From Candidatus Nomurabacteria bacterium (GTDB lineage: Bacteria > Patescibacteriota > Minisyncoccia > Phycocordibacterales > UBA9973), in NCBI GenBank assembly GCA_023267195.1, contig JAHFNT010000002.1, positions 23,830 through 87,829 of the forward strand: a stretch of DNA of 64,000 nucleotides. The letters are read 5' to 3'. Of this stretch, positions 47,652 through 57,227 are shown one piece after another; within the stretch, counting starts at the first letter, position 1, and each line of letters starts with the position of its first letter. The position numbers were made by a program, and so were the translations under genes. Under the pieces are notes generated by a model. The model saw only the letters and a program-made list of their open reading frames with translations. It was not told the origin of the DNA and did no database searches.

Positions 47652-48645
47652 TCTGAACTCTCATGCGAACCTGTTTCATTGTTTCTTTCGCAATTTCTCG
47701 TGCGTGCATTGTACCTTTTTCTAATATCTTCATCACGGCATCTTTATCTTTTGCCAATTCTTCCCTTTTTGTTCGTATTGGCGCCACTAATTTCTCTAGA
47801 ACTTCAATTAACCTCTTTTTTATAACAACATCACCAAGTCCACCTTTTTTATATTGTTTTTTCAGTTCTGTAATTTCTTCTTTATTTGGATCAAAGATAT
47901 CTAAATAAGTAAATACAACATTCCCTTCTACTTTCCCGGGATCATTAACATGAATATGATTTGGATCAGTATACATATTCATTACTTTTTTTGAAATTTC
48001 TTCGTAACTATCTGAAAGATAAATCGCATTATTTAAGGATTTACCCATTTTTGAATTTCCATCAATACCAATCAATCTTGGAGTATCACCCACTAGATGT
48101 TTAACATGACTAAAAGTTTCTCCGTAAAAACGATTAAAATCGTCTACAATTTCATTGGTCTGCTCAATCATGGGCTTTTGATCTTCACCAACTGGAACAA
48201 TGTTACTATGACAAAATAAAATATCTGCGGCCTGAGAAACAGGATGCATTAAAAATCCAGCCGGTACATCTTCTCCATAACCTTTGTCTTTCATTTCATC
48301 TTTTACTGTTGGATTTCTCTTGAGCCGCGCTAGTGTTACTAAATTTAGAAACAATACCGTAAGTTCAGCTATTTCCGGAATTTCAGATTGAATAAACATA
48401 GTCGTTTTATTTGGATCAAGTCCACAAGCCAAGTTGTCCAGAACCACTTCTAGAACATTTTCCCTTACTTTAGTTGGATTATCTGCATTAGAAGTTAGGG
48501 CTTGAATATCGGCAACCATATAGAAAGATTTGTCTACCTTACCCTGAAGCTTGACTCTATTTTGTATTGAACCTACAAAGTGCCCAAGGTGAAGTTTCCC
48601 TGTTGGCCTATCCCCTGTAAGTACTATTTTTTGTTTATTTTCCAT
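47638..48645 (-). CDS. trpS: Tryptophanyl-tRNA synthetase
   Basis: Class I: a HIGH-type motif (GKLHLGHFVG) and KMGKS (KMSKS). A length of 335 aa is typical of TrpRS rather than TyrRS. Confidence 0.8.
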   Translation of the reverse strand: MENKQKIVLTGDRPTGKLHLGHFVGSIQNRVKLQGKVDKSFYMVADIQALTSNADNPTKVRENVLEVVLDNLACGLDPNKTTMFIQSEIPEIAELTVLFLNLVTLARLKRNPTVKDEMKDKGYGEDVPAGFLMHPVSQAADILFCHSNIVPVGEDQKPMIEQTNEIVDDFNRFYGETFSHVKHLVGDTPRLIGIDGNSKMGKSLNNAIYLSDSYEEISKKVMNMYTDPNHIHVNDPGKVEGNVVFTYLDIFDPNKEEITELKKQYKKGGLGDVVIKKRLIEVLEKLVAPIRTKREELAKDKDAVMKILEKGTMHAREIAKETMKQVRMRVQIDYF

Positions 48646-48758
48646 GTTTTTATATTATCATACTTCATGGCTTCAGCACAGGGATCTTTCCACATTTTAG
48701 TAACACCATTACGCACTTTTTAGCTTTGACAATTTTATGGCTATGCTAGAATGACGCC

Positions 48759-50171
48759 ATGGCTTCAATATCCGGAAAAGCAAAAATAGTAAAAAGTAAC
48801 AACTTAAGAATTCCACCACAAAGCATTCCTTCTGAACAAGCCGTCTTGGGCTCCATTATGCTCCGCAAGGACGCCATGCACGAAGTGGAAGACATGATAA
48901 CTCCCGATTCTTTTTATGTTGAAAAAAATAAATTGATCTTCCAAGCAATGCTTGATCTTTCGGTAAAAAACGAACCGATAGACATGCTCTCTCTTTCTAC
49001 TAAATTAAGCGAACAGAAAAATCTCGAGAGAATCGGAGGCAACCAATATCTGGCGGAAATTGTAAATACAGTCCCCTCTTCTACTAACGTAAAACACTAC
49101 GCTGACATAGTGCAAAAGAAATATGTGCTTCGCAGTTTGATTGAAGCCGCTGATTATGTTTCCGAGCTCGCCTTTGAAGAAGGTGATGATCATATGGATG
49201 ACATTTTAGATATGGCGGAGAAGAAAATTTTCAGCGTTGTTTCCAGTCCCAAAAACCAAAAATTTGTAAACTTGAAAGATGCTCTACCTGAAGCTTATGA
49301 GCGCCTAGAAAAATTGCATGAAAATAAAGGCATGTTGCGCGGACTGCCGACTGGCTTTAAAGAATTAGATACGATGCTTTCTGGTTTGCAAAAATCTGAT
49401 TTGATTATTCTAGCAGCCAGGCCGAGTATGGGTAAAACTACTCTCGCCCTCGATATTGCGCGCATGTCCGGAGTTTTGCATGAAAAATCTATTTTGATAT
49501 TTTCTCTAGAAATGTCTTCCCAGCAGTTAGTAGACAGAATGCTGTCTGCTGAAAGCCGAGTAAACGCCTGGAATTTACGCACAGGCCGGCTATCTTCTGA
49601 TCATGAATTTTCGCAACTACGCGATTCACTAGACAAACTTGCTAAAGCGCAAATTTTTATTGACGATCAGCCGGGAAATTCAATTGTTCGAATGAAGGCT
49701 CTGTCTCGCCGGCTCAAAGCGGAAAAAGGACTCGATCTTATCGTGGTGGATTATTTACAACTCATGACCACTTCCAAAAATTATGATTCGATGGTCAACC
49801 AAGTTACAGAAATTTCCAGATCGCTAAAATCTTTAGCAAAAGAATTGGATGTTCCTGTACTTGCTCTTTCGCAGCTTAACCGTGCCGTAGAATCCCGTGG
49901 CGGCAAACCCCGCCTATCGGACCTGCGCGACTCTGGATCTATCGAACAAGACGCAGATGTTGTGATGTTCATTCATCGTGAAGATAAAGGCAAAGAAGAA
50001 TCGGAGAAAACGAACATTGCCGAAATTCTTATCGAAAAGCACCGCAATGGCCCGACCGGCAAAGTGGAACTTTACTTTGACGAAAAAACTACAACTTTCT
50101 TAAATCTGGAAAAAAGCAATTTAAGCGAATTTGCTCCGTCGAAGATAAGCGGTGATTTAGATGAATTTTAA
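48759..50171 (+). CDS. dnaB: Replicative DNA helicase
   Basis: DnaB N-terminal domain (IPPQSIPSEQAVLGSIM), Walker A (ARPSMGKTTLALD), and an H4/RecA-like core (IVVDYLQLM; ALSQLNR). Confidence 0.9.
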   Translation: MASISGKAKIVKSNNLRIPPQSIPSEQAVLGSIMLRKDAMHEVEDMITPDSFYVEKNKLIFQAMLDLSVKNEPIDMLSLSTKLSEQKNLERIGGNQYLAEIVNTVPSSTNVKHYADIVQKKYVLRSLIEAADYVSELAFEEGDDHMDDILDMAEKKIFSVVSSPKNQKFVNLKDALPEAYERLEKLHENKGMLRGLPTGFKELDTMLSGLQKSDLIILAARPSMGKTTLALDIARMSGVLHEKSILIFSLEMSSQQLVDRMLSAESRVNAWNLRTGRLSSDHEFSQLRDSLDKLAKAQIFIDDQPGNSIVRMKALSRRLKAEKGLDLIVVDYLQLMTTSKNYDSMVNQVTEISRSLKSLAKELDVPVLALSQLNRAVESRGGKPRLSDLRDSGSIEQDADVVMFIHREDKGKEESEKTNIAEILIEKHRNGPTGKVELYFDEKTTTFLNLEKSNLSEFAPSKISGDLDEF

Positions 50172-50173
50172 TC

Positions 50174-50830
50174 ATGGATAGCATTGATAAACTGACAGAA
50201 ATCTTCAAAGAGTTCCCGGGTATTGGAGAACGGCAAGCACGTAGGTTTGTATATTTTTTAATGTTTAAGAATGGAGAATATTCAAATAATTTATCTAAAC
50301 TCATTTTAGAATTAAAAAAAGAAGTCTCGCAGTGCAAAGAATGTTTTAAATTTTTCCTTACCAGTAAAACCAAAAATAATTCCACACCAAAGGACGGGCA
50401 AGTGTGTGAGATTTGTAGTAATCCAAACACCGACTCTTCCCTTCTTCTAGTTGTGGAAAAAGATTCTGATTTAGAATCTATCAACAAAAGCGGAGTTTAC
50501 CATGGAAAATATTTTATCTTGGGCGGACTGGTACCGATCGTAGAGAAAACTACCAAGAGCCGAGTACGTATTGAGGAATTAAAGAAAATAATTTCTGCTA
50601 GAGGTGATCTCAAAGAGATAATTTTAGCTTTTTCCATCAGCCCGCAAGGTGACCATACGGATCAATATGTGCGTGAACAATTAAGAGATATAGTAGAAAA
50701 ACAAAACCCTTCGACTCCGCTCAGGGCAGGCATAAAAATTTCTTCCCTCGGCAAAGGCCTCTCCACCGGCACTGAACTAGAATATTCCGATAACGACACC
50801 CTCAAAAATGCCTTAAAAAATAGACAATGA
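50174..50830 (+). CDS. recR: Recombination protein RecR
   Basis: HhH motif (LTEIFKEFPGIGERQARRFVYFL), a C4 zinc finger (CKEC...CEIC), and a Toprim domain (LLVVEKDSDLESI). Confidence 0.85.
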   Translation: MDSIDKLTEIFKEFPGIGERQARRFVYFLMFKNGEYSNNLSKLILELKKEVSQCKECFKFFLTSKTKNNSTPKDGQVCEICSNPNTDSSLLLVVEKDSDLESINKSGVYHGKYFILGGLVPIVEKTTKSRVRIEELKKIISARGDLKEIILAFSISPQGDHTDQYVREQLRDIVEKQNPSTPLRAGIKISSLGKGLSTGTELEYSDNDTLKNALKNRQ

Positions 50831-51492
50831 ATATACATATGAAAAATTTAATATACGTTGTTGTATTTTTAATAGTCGTTTTTCTTTTTTATTTTTTGAC
50901 TAAACCAGCAAATACGGAGTTGGTTCTTCATGAAATCAAAGTAGAAACTCCAGCCGTAAACAAGTCCCTCTCTGTTAAAAATGGAGATCCGAATTGTAAT
51001 CCAAAGTTTGAGGATTATCCTGTAGATGAATATAAAGGCAAAATTGCACCAATTGATTTTTCAACGAAGCCAGAGGCTCGTGAATTTCGTACAGTAATTA
51101 CAACGGCTGAAAAACAAGGACCTAATTTTGCAGGTAATTATACTGTCGCTACATGGGGATGCGGCACGGGATGCCAGGAGTTTGCAGTCATTAACGCAAA
51201 AACTGGAGAAATAATTCATTATCCTAACGGATCAAACGGAGTATACTCAGATACAATATCTACCCTAGGACACCAATTTGAATACAAGATGAATAGCCGC
51301 CTATTTGTCGTTGGTCCACCATGGAATATTACAAAAGACGACATAATATGGACGCTTGATGAAGCGAAACAAGAAAAAAACAACGGTGGAGCGCAACTTG
51401 AAAATTTAACTATTAACTATTTTGAATTTCAAAACGATAAATTCAAACTCATTTGTCAGAAAAATTATATAGATGCTTTAAAGAATAAGTAA
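50827..51492 (+). CDS. Membrane-anchored extracytoplasmic hypothetical protein
   Basis: 221 aa with an N-terminal TM helix and no recognisable family. Confidence 0.45.
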   Translation: MNIHMKNLIYVVVFLIVVFLFYFLTKPANTELVLHEIKVETPAVNKSLSVKNGDPNCNPKFEDYPVDEYKGKIAPIDFSTKPEAREFRTVITTAEKQGPNFAGNYTVATWGCGTGCQEFAVINAKTGEIIHYPNGSNGVYSDTISTLGHQFEYKMNSRLFVVGPPWNITKDDIIWTLDEAKQEKNNGGAQLENLTINYFEFQNDKFKLICQKNYIDALKNK

Positions 51493-51541
51493 TAACTTTT
51501 TGTTGTTAAATTTAGCATATGCTTAAATTCACAACCGTAAA

Positions 51542-51619
51542 CTAAAAAACGGGCTCGGAATTTCCTGGGCCCGCTTGCGTGTAGATGATGCCCCCTCCGC
51601 ACCACCCACACGCAAGCGG
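51542..51619 (-). terminator. Terminator region for the minus-strand GC-rich small gene (12-bp stem CCGCUUGCGUGU/ACACGCAAGCGG with a large loop, then GC clamp and U6)
   Basis: The stem arms lie at 51571-51582 and 51608-51619. Downstream on the minus strand is CGGGCCCAGGAAAUUCCGAGCCCG followed by UUUUUU (the plus-strand A-run at 51544-51549). Confidence 0.45.
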
Positions 51620-51625
51620 TAGTGC

Positions 51626-51904
51626 TTAACCCTTGTTGATCCATCCTTTGCCGGGAATGGATCGTTCGAGGGCATGCACCGTGACAGATATTGCCACCCC
51701 CAAACCCACCCCCAAACAAATCGAGACTAGGAGCATGAACCCACCGGGCCCTCCGTGGAGATCTCTGTACCGCTCAGGTATGTCGTCGTAGTAACGAGGG
51801 TTCTTTTGTTCCCACCGTTGTTCCCACTGATCGACACACACGAACAAGTACGCACCTGCGACCAGTATACTGAGACAGGCCAGGACAACAACGATTCTCT
51901 TCAT
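51626..51904 (-). CDS. GC-rich small membrane protein (about 92 aa, 2 TM), hypothetical; possibly horizontally acquired
   Basis: MKRIVVVLACLSILVAGAYLFVCVDQWEQRWEQKNPRYYDDIPERYRDLHGGPGGFMLLVSICLGVGLGVAISVTVH... About 55% GC against the ~35% background. An AGAGG SD sits upstream of the ATG at 51904, and the ORF-track start at 51949 is a further in-frame upstream candidate. Confidence 0.45.
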   Translation of the reverse strand: MKRIVVVLACLSILVAGAYLFVCVDQWEQRWEQKNPRYYDDIPERYRDLHGGPGGFMLLVSICLGVGLGVAISVTVHALERSIPGKGWINKG

Positions 51905-52001
51905 ACAAACCTCTGAACGGATTGTATCATACAAAAACACAAAAGTCAATAGTATCGAATCCTTATTTTATAAGGTTCTTTTGATTGTGCTAAAAAACAT
52001 T

Positions 52002-52337
52002 TTATTTTATTGAAGTAATTTTTACTTTAAAGAATGGCTGGCGGTGGCCGTTGCGACGGAGATAACGAGATTTTTGTTTATATTTTACAACCATAACCTT
52101 GCGAGCGCGGCCGATTTCTACGATTTCCGCATCCACTTTCGCGCCCTTGATATAAGGTGTGCCGATAGTGGTATCTTTTCCGTCATCCACTAGAAGAACC
52201 TTATCGAAAGATAACTTATCCCCTTTTTTGTATTCCCCGCCTGCGCTGGCAGGTCCCTTAATTTTTTCAATAGAAACGAAGCCCCCTTTGGAGACCTTGT
52301 ATTGCTTACCGCCGGTTGTAATCACTGCGAATTCCAT
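52002..52337 (-). CDS. rplU: 50S ribosomal protein L21
   Basis: MEFAVITTGGKQYKVSKGGFVSIEKI is the L21 N-terminus. The start is ambiguous, with 52346 and 52373 also possible. Confidence 0.85.
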   Translation of the reverse strand: MEFAVITTGGKQYKVSKGGFVSIEKIKGPASAGGEYKKGDKLSFDKVLLVDDGKDTTIGTPYIKGAKVDAEIVEIGRARKVMVVKYKQKSRYLRRNGHRQPFFKVKITSIK

Positions 52338-52396
52338 GTTCCCCATACTAACTGAAATTTCCCAAAAAAGCAAGTATTTGGTATACTAATAGCCAT

Positions 52397-53419
52397 ATGC
52401 AAACAAAAACTATTGAAAAGTATTTTTTCTTTGGGCTTTTATTGGCAACTTTTATCTTTACCTTTTTCATCTTCCGGCCATTTTGGATAGTAATGGTTTT
52501 AGGAATTTGTTTTTCGATCGTTCTATACCCATTATATGAATGGTTTCAAAAGAGAAAATTACCGGATTGGCTTTCTTCTCTCCTGACAGTCATTATTTTT
52601 ACTTTAGTTTTGTGCGGCCCACTTTTAGGCATTGGGGTGATGGTTTTTAATCAAAGTCAGGATGTTTATCACGTAGTTGTGAATAATGGCAGCACGGAAC
52701 CATTTTTAAACTCAATAGAAAATAAAATTAATAATATTTTGCCGGAAATCATTAACGTTGACGTAAATCAAAAATTCACGGACTTTATTTCCTACGTATC
52801 TAAAAACATAGCCAACATCTTCAGCACCACCGTCTCGGCCTTCTTTTCATTTTTGCTGATGCTTTTAATAGTTTTTTATTTTTTGAAAGATGGGACAAAA
52901 TGGAAAAAAGCTATAGTGGTACTCTCCCCGCTTGGCGACAAAGACGATGAGAAAATAATCTCGCGCTTGGCCCTCTCGGTAAATGCCGTAATCAAAGGAT
53001 ATCTTTTTATCGCCCTGGTACAAGGATTGCTGATGGGAATCGGACTTTGGCTGTTTGGGATCCCAAATCCGGCGCTCTGGGGCGTAGTGGCCGCCGTCTC
53101 TTCCCTACTGCCAACGATCGGCACCGCGCTGGTGTCCGCTCCGGCAATTATCTTTCTCTTTGCGACTGGAAGCACCGGATCGGCTGTTGGACTTTTAATT
53201 TGGGCAATTGTGGTGGTCGGATTGATTGATAATTTTTTAAGCCCGCTGGTTGTAGGCAAACAAATAAACATGCCCTCTCTTTTGATTCTATTCTCGGTTC
53301 TAGGAGGAATTTCCGTCTTGGGCCCAGTGGGAATCTTGATCGGTCCCCTTGCCGTCAGCCTACTGTATACTTTAATTTCAATTTACAGAAATGAGTTTAA
53401 ACAAAATACAATTTTATAA
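52397..53419 (+). CDS. AI-2E family transporter (PerM/YhhT-like, UPF0118)
   Basis: Eight TM helices with the conserved C-terminal region LIWAIVVVGLIDNFLSPLVVGKQINMPSLLILFSVLGG. Confidence 0.7.
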   Translation: MQTKTIEKYFFFGLLLATFIFTFFIFRPFWIVMVLGICFSIVLYPLYEWFQKRKLPDWLSSLLTVIIFTLVLCGPLLGIGVMVFNQSQDVYHVVVNNGSTEPFLNSIENKINNILPEIINVDVNQKFTDFISYVSKNIANIFSTTVSAFFSFLLMLLIVFYFLKDGTKWKKAIVVLSPLGDKDDEKIISRLALSVNAVIKGYLFIALVQGLLMGIGLWLFGIPNPALWGVVAAVSSLLPTIGTALVSAPAIIFLFATGSTGSAVGLLIWAIVVVGLIDNFLSPLVVGKQINMPSLLILFSVLGGISVLGPVGILIGPLAVSLLYTLISIYRNEFKQNTIL

Positions 53420-54755
53420 TACCCTAACTCGAAAAAAAGAGGAGTTCGCGCCAATCAATCCACCCAATGTTGGTTTTTATTCTTGCGGACCGACAGTATA
53501 CAACTATCAGCACATTGGGAATTATCGTGCCTATGTTTTCGCTGACACTTTAAAACGAGTGCTCGAGTACAGCGGATATAAGGTAAAGCATATTATGAAT
53601 TTAACGGACATTGATGATAAAACTATTCGTGACTCGCAAAAAGAAGGTAAATCACTCAAAGAATTTACAGAATTTTACTCAGAAAAATTTTTTGAAGATG
53701 TGAAGGTACTTAATATTATCCCCCCGCTTAAATTTACCAAGGCAACTGACTACATCGACGAAATGGTGGAAATTGTAGAGAAACTTTTAAAAAACGGACT
53801 CGCGTATAAAAGTGGAGACGGAAGCATATATTTTGATATTAAAAAATTTGAAAATTACGGCAAACTCTCTGGTCTCGTCCTTGAAGAACAGAAAGAAAAC
53901 GCATCCGGCAGAATAAAAACAGATGAATATGAAAAAGAAAATGCACAAGACTTTGCCCTTTGGAAATCATGGGATGAAAAAGATGGTGATGTGTTTTGGG
54001 AAACTTCGCTCGGTAAGGGTCGCCCGGGTTGGCATATTGAATGTTCTGCTATGTCGATGAAAAATTTAGGTGAACAAATAGATTTACACACAGGGGCTGT
54101 TGATAATATTTTTCCCCATCACGAAAACGAAATTGCCCAATCTGAAGGTGCCACGGGAAAACAATTTGTAAAATACTGGATGCATCTCGAGTGGATTCTG
54201 GTGGATGGCAAAAAGATGGCTAAGTCAGCCGGAAATTTCTATACCTTGAGAGATATTATAAGTAGAGGAGTTAACCCATTAGCCTTTCGATTTTGGCTTT
54301 TAATGGCTCATTATCGAACTCGTGTAAACTTCAACTGGGACGCCCTAGAAGGCGCAGAAACAGCGCTAAAACGCCTTTATGGGCTTTATTTAGACCTTGG
54401 AGAAACAGTAGGGAGCGTGCATCAAGAATACCAAAATAAGTTCAAAGAATTCATAGAAGACGACTTGGACACCCCGCGAGCTCTGACAATTCTCTGGGAT
54501 GTTTTCAAAGATGAAAATATGTCCAACGCTGACAAAAAAGCGACAGTTTTAGATTTTGATAAAGTACTTGGTTTAGGTTTTGCAAATTTGAAAGAAGAAA
54601 TAATTCCTAAAGAAGTTTTAGATTTAGCAAAAGCACGCGAACAAGCCCGAGTTGAAAAAGATTTCCAAAAATCAGACGATTTAAGAAAAGAAATAAATGC
54701 TCTCGGCTATGAAGTAAAAGATACTACAGAGGGCCAAAAAATAAGTAGAATTTAA
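53391..54755 (+). CDS. cysS: Cysteinyl-tRNA synthetase
   Basis: FYSCGPTVYNYQHIGNYRAYVFADTL (HIGH motif as HIGN), KMAKS (KMSKS), a zinc-ligand Cys at CGPT, and the DALR-like C-terminus. Confidence 0.9.
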   Translation: MSLNKIQFYNTLTRKKEEFAPINPPNVGFYSCGPTVYNYQHIGNYRAYVFADTLKRVLEYSGYKVKHIMNLTDIDDKTIRDSQKEGKSLKEFTEFYSEKFFEDVKVLNIIPPLKFTKATDYIDEMVEIVEKLLKNGLAYKSGDGSIYFDIKKFENYGKLSGLVLEEQKENASGRIKTDEYEKENAQDFALWKSWDEKDGDVFWETSLGKGRPGWHIECSAMSMKNLGEQIDLHTGAVDNIFPHHENEIAQSEGATGKQFVKYWMHLEWILVDGKKMAKSAGNFYTLRDIISRGVNPLAFRFWLLMAHYRTRVNFNWDALEGAETALKRLYGLYLDLGETVGSVHQEYQNKFKEFIEDDLDTPRALTILWDVFKDENMSNADKKATVLDFDKVLGLGFANLKEEIIPKEVLDLAKAREQARVEKDFQKSDDLRKEINALGYEVKDTTEGQKISRI

Positions 54756-55765
54756 GCTGGTTCTTGCTGAGTAATGCAATGGAGCGCCCCGCCACCATAA
54801 ATAAGATCCGTGCAATCTATCCCAACGATATTTCTATCCGGAAAACAAGATTTTATAATTGACAAAGCCTTTTCGTCGTTTTTATCTCCAAAAAGAGAAA
54901 CCAAAACTGTTTTGTTGCCAACATAAAAATTGGCGTATGAAACTGGGGCTTTTTTACTGTTGTGTTTTGCCCCATCATCATAATACATGTGCGGCATCGG
55001 GAGCTTTATAATTTCAAATTTCTTGCCATCTTGGTCAAAAGAATTCTCTAAAATTTTATAATTTTCAAGCAATCTTTCATAATTCTCATCTGTTTTATCC
55101 TCCTCAAAAGCGCAAAGAATTTTCGAAGGGCTGACAAAACGCGCCACTTCGTCAATGTGCCCATCAGTGTGATCATTCACTAAACCTTTATTCAGCCAAA
55201 CAATATTAGTTGCGCCTAAATTTTCCTTGAAAACCATCTCTGTGTCTTTTTTGTTCTTCCCGATATTGCGATTTAAAATCAAACATTCTTCGGTGGTTAA
55301 AATAGTTCCCAAGCCATTTGCCTCTATCGCTCCGCCTTCCATGGCCATATCGACACTTATCATTTGGAAACCAATTTGATCCTTCAAATTCAAAAAAATA
55401 TTATTATCGGGAGATAATTCTGGAAATTTTCCCCCGTAGCAATCATAATGCCACTTAATCCAAGCTATTTTCTTTTCAATTTTTATAAAAGTCGGCCCAT
55501 AGTCTCGCACCCAGACATCCATATAGGCGTTGTGGTAGAAAATAATTTTAGTTAAATCTGTGCCATTTTTCACAAGCAGAGCGCTTACTTCGTCTTGCAT
55601 TTTCTGATCAAGTACGAGCAGTTTCACCAGCTCATCAGTATGCAAAGCCAGAATAATTTTTAAGTAAATTTCTTTAATCTTATCAATGCGAGCACCGAAA
55701 TAATCATCATCATTCGGCCAGACCAGCCACGTCGCAGTATGCTTTTCCCATTCGGCCGGCATCAT
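54752..55765 (-). CDS. aguA: Agmatine deiminase (peptidyl-arginine deiminase-like family)
   Basis: PAEWEKHTATWLVWP...WVRDYGPTFI...GGGALHCITQQ, including the catalytic Cys at the C-terminus. Confidence 0.8.
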   Translation of the reverse strand: MMPAEWEKHTATWLVWPNDDDYFGARIDKIKEIYLKIILALHTDELVKLLVLDQKMQDEVSALLVKNGTDLTKIIFYHNAYMDVWVRDYGPTFIKIEKKIAWIKWHYDCYGGKFPELSPDNNIFLNLKDQIGFQMISVDMAMEGGAIEANGLGTILTTEECLILNRNIGKNKKDTEMVFKENLGATNIVWLNKGLVNDHTDGHIDEVARFVSPSKILCAFEEDKTDENYERLLENYKILENSFDQDGKKFEIIKLPMPHMYYDDGAKHNSKKAPVSYANFYVGNKTVLVSLFGDKNDEKALSIIKSCFPDRNIVGIDCTDLIYGGGALHCITQQEPA

Positions 55766-56637
55766 AAATATTTTTTGGTAAGTGAATTATAAGTATCGGT
55801 GCGGCGATTACGCAGGAAACCCCATTCTTCGGCAATTTGTTCATTGCTCCCTAAATTAATTTTGGAAATTAAAATTTCATCTTTGAACTTCCCCGCTCGC
55901 TTGATTATCTTGCCAAACGCATCACAGACAAAAGACTGCCCCCAGAATTTCAATTTATCTTCTTGGCCAACGCGATTGACTGCCGCAACATGTAAGCTGT
56001 TCGCTATGGCATGAGCGCGCATGCTAGTCTCCCAAGCCTCATGCCAATCCCCCTCCTTCTGTTTTTCGCCAACTATCGTTCCAATTGCCGTTGGATAGAA
56101 AATTAATTCTGCCCCAGAGAGCTTGACCGCGCGCGCCGCTTCGGGAAACCATTGATCATAACAAATGAGAACCGCAAAAGTAGCATATTCTGTTTTATAT
56201 ATTTTGTATCCATCTTTGCTGTCTTCAAAATAATTTTTTTCGTAAAAAAGAGGATCCTGCGGCACATGGATTTTCCTATAGGTTGGCATCAGTCTTCCGT
56301 CAATGTTTATTACTGCAGCTGAATTATGAAAACGGCCATTACTGTCTTTTTCAAAAACCGGCACGATAATTACAACCTTATGTTTTTTGGCAATCGCCGA
56401 AAAGACTTCGGTTGATTCCCCGGGAATTGTTTCAGAAAAATTATCTTTTTTGGCATTTTTATATTGCGGAAAGTAGGGAGTCCTATAAAGCTCCTGCAGG
56501 CAAATAATCTGCGCACCCTTTTTGGCCGCCTGTTCTACTAATTTCGCAGTTTTAGCTAAATTAACATTCAAGTCGGGCGATACGCTAGTCTGAATTCCTG
56601 CAACTATAACAAATTTATTTTTCATTTTATTGTTCAT
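55762..56637 (-). CDS. aguB: N-carbamoylputrescine amidase (carbon-nitrogen hydrolase family)
   Basis: A nitrilase-superfamily fold with an E-K-C triad context (QIICLQELY; VLICYDQWFPE). It lies directly downstream of aguA. Confidence 0.75.
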   Translation of the reverse strand: MNNKMKNKFVIVAGIQTSVSPDLNVNLAKTAKLVEQAAKKGAQIICLQELYRTPYFPQYKNAKKDNFSETIPGESTEVFSAIAKKHKVVIIVPVFEKDSNGRFHNSAAVINIDGRLMPTYRKIHVPQDPLFYEKNYFEDSKDGYKIYKTEYATFAVLICYDQWFPEAARAVKLSGAELIFYPTAIGTIVGEKQKEGDWHEAWETSMRAHAIANSLHVAAVNRVGQEDKLKFWGQSFVCDAFGKIIKRAGKFKDEILISKINLGSNEQIAEEWGFLRNRRTDTYNSLTKKYL

Positions 56638-57226
56638 TTCTGAAATATAACATATTTAAAATTTTCTTGCGATACAAAAAACAAACCATAATAATATTAG
56701 CAATTATCAGGTATAAACCAAATGAGTATATGGTAAAAGACCAATTTTTTATAATGAGCAAACCAAGAGTATTATTAAAAATTCCCGACAAATAAACAGT
56801 CGCCGTTTCAGTCTCCGGAAATTTCCATCCTTTAATATAAGTCGGTATAAAAGCGAAAAGATCGCTCAAAATTGCAAAAATAATTGATACTGCCAAATTA
56901 TGCGTTAATGCATACAATATTAATGCGAGCACAGAAAATATTCCGCAAATTATATCAAAAGTATTTAATTTCCAATATGCATTTTTTCTGAAAATTGAAA
57001 AGACAACAACAAGCAAGGGTCCAAGGCCGGCCATAAATACGGGTATTACAGAAAGGCCAGCCCCCGCTTTGAGTTGAAAAAATACGCCCAGAAAAGGGCC
57101 CAGTAACCAAAGAAACCAGGAAACCAAGTTAGGTTTAGTCGTTCCTAGAAAAATATTTTTAAAATAAAAAAAATATCCTATTAAGCTGACAAGAACTGCA
57201 ATATAAATTATTTTTTCCGGAAGCAT
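56627..57226 (-). CDS. Polytopic membrane protein, hypothetical
   Basis: 199 aa with five or six hydrophobic helices. It sits between the P4 paralog and aguB in the same-strand string. Confidence 0.45.
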   Translation of the reverse strand: MLPEKIIYIAVLVSLIGYFFYFKNIFLGTTKPNLVSWFLWLLGPFLGVFFQLKAGAGLSVIPVFMAGLGPLLVVVFSIFRKNAYWKLNTFDIICGIFSVLALILYALTHNLAVSIIFAILSDLFAFIPTYIKGWKFPETETATVYLSGIFNNTLGLLIIKNWSFTIYSFGLYLIIANIIMVCFLYRKKILNMLYFRNEQ

Positions 57227-57227
57227 A

